Below are positions 63,562-64,000 of a stretch of 64,000 nucleotides of DNA, piece by piece. The first letter of the stretch is position 1; each line of letters opens with the position of its first letter. Below the pieces are notes generated by a model that was not told the origin of the DNA, made no database searches, and was given only the letters and a program-made list of their open reading frames with translations. The position numbers and the translations under genes were made by a program. Source of the stretch: an uncultured Victivallales bacterium (GTDB lineage: Bacteria; Verrucomicrobiota; Lentisphaeria; Victivallales; GWF2-45-14); contig CAZYVR010000002.1 of the NCBI GenBank assembly GCA_964651145.1, positions 63 through 64,062 of the forward strand. Reading direction: 5' to 3'.

Positions 63562-63638
63562 GCTTATAACGTCTTGTATTTTCAAGGATTAATTTGTACT
63601 GGCACCGATGCTAGATGCTATTATTAGGCTATTCACTT

Positions 63639-64000
63639 TCACCGCTTAATAATGATTGCATGACCATTTAAATTATGAATCACTATCCTGTCTTTGCATA
63701 TAGTTTGCTCTTCTACATATCTAGTAATTCCGTCGCAACCATAGAAACCATAGTCGTCGTAAACCATAATTCCGCCAGGCACCATTTTGTCCCAAATCCA
63801 ATCGACAACATCTTTAGCTGATTGGTAAACGTCCACATCAACATGGCAGAATCTAAACTTCAAGTTTTCTACTTTATGGCCTGTCTGATCTGGAAAAATA
63901 CCTTCTAATATCTCAACATTATCTAAATTCATTCGAGTTGAAATTAGCTCTTCCACAACCTGTCGACTTGTATCAGCATGTTCCCCTCCTCTGTATGCGG
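63639..64000 (-). CDS. TylF/MycF (macrocin O-methyltransferase-like) protein, 5' partial
   Basis: Frame is open to the window end (AYRGGEHADTS..); G.FPD....F.FCHVDVDVYQS, GG..VYDDYG. Confidence 0.85.
   Translation of the reverse strand, partial: AYRGGEHADTSRQVVEELISTRMNLDNVEILEGIFPDQTGHKVENLKFRFCHVDVDVYQSAKDVVDWIWDKMVPGGIMVYDDYGFYGCDGITRYVEEQTICKDRIVIHNLNGHAIIIKR

Noticed and set aside
63560-63640. attC site downstream of the TylF gene
   Set aside because: GCCTAAT and GTTATAAG half-sites are degenerate and non-complementary, and the arms do not pair convincingly
1-64000. CRISPR arrays, tRNA/rRNA genes, transposase or phage genes
   Set aside because: No regularly spaced 23-47 bp repeats, no tRNA T-loop/cloverleaf or rRNA signatures, and no transposase, integrase or phage motifs recognised by eye

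Overview
64 kb bacterial chromosomal window, most likely from an anaerobic PVC-superphylum organism (Lentisphaerota-like). This is inferred from the DUF1559/H-X9-DG pilin-like genes with non-Gly FTLIELL starts and from enzyme families typically expanded in PVC genomes. Left to right: the end of recB plus recD; an ~18.5 kb minus-strand glycan-utilisation locus (GntR/LacI-type regulator, two prepilin-like H-X9-DG proteins, two GH20-N-domain paralogues, a clan GH-A hydrolase, two LamG proteins, a DUF3604-like metallohydrolase, a GH65-like enzyme and an Eis-like acetyltransferase) with no recognisable transporter; ald-lrp, asp23, an orphan kinase, and ROK-nagA; a 246 bp MITE-like element (17 bp TIRs, 6 bp TSD) whose structured core recurs without TIRs at ~61.5 kb; a patch of small ORFs and gene remnants; htpG, nifU-nifS and an orphan sugar ABC ATPase; an FMN riboswitch heading ribBA-ribH-nusB-ftsY-hyp-ribD-ribE-hyp-pdxJ-pilT; truC-like, phytoene-desaturase-like, cimA, dciA and an orphan NusG/RfaH paralogue; a PilGHI/Xap-like ABC operon; and cheX, DUF1638, MEMO1/AmrB and a partial TylF methyltransferase. 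The best candidates for undescribed biology are the pilin-associated glycan locus and the covarying structured motif shared by two intergenic sites. All product calls come from reading motifs by eye; no database search was run.
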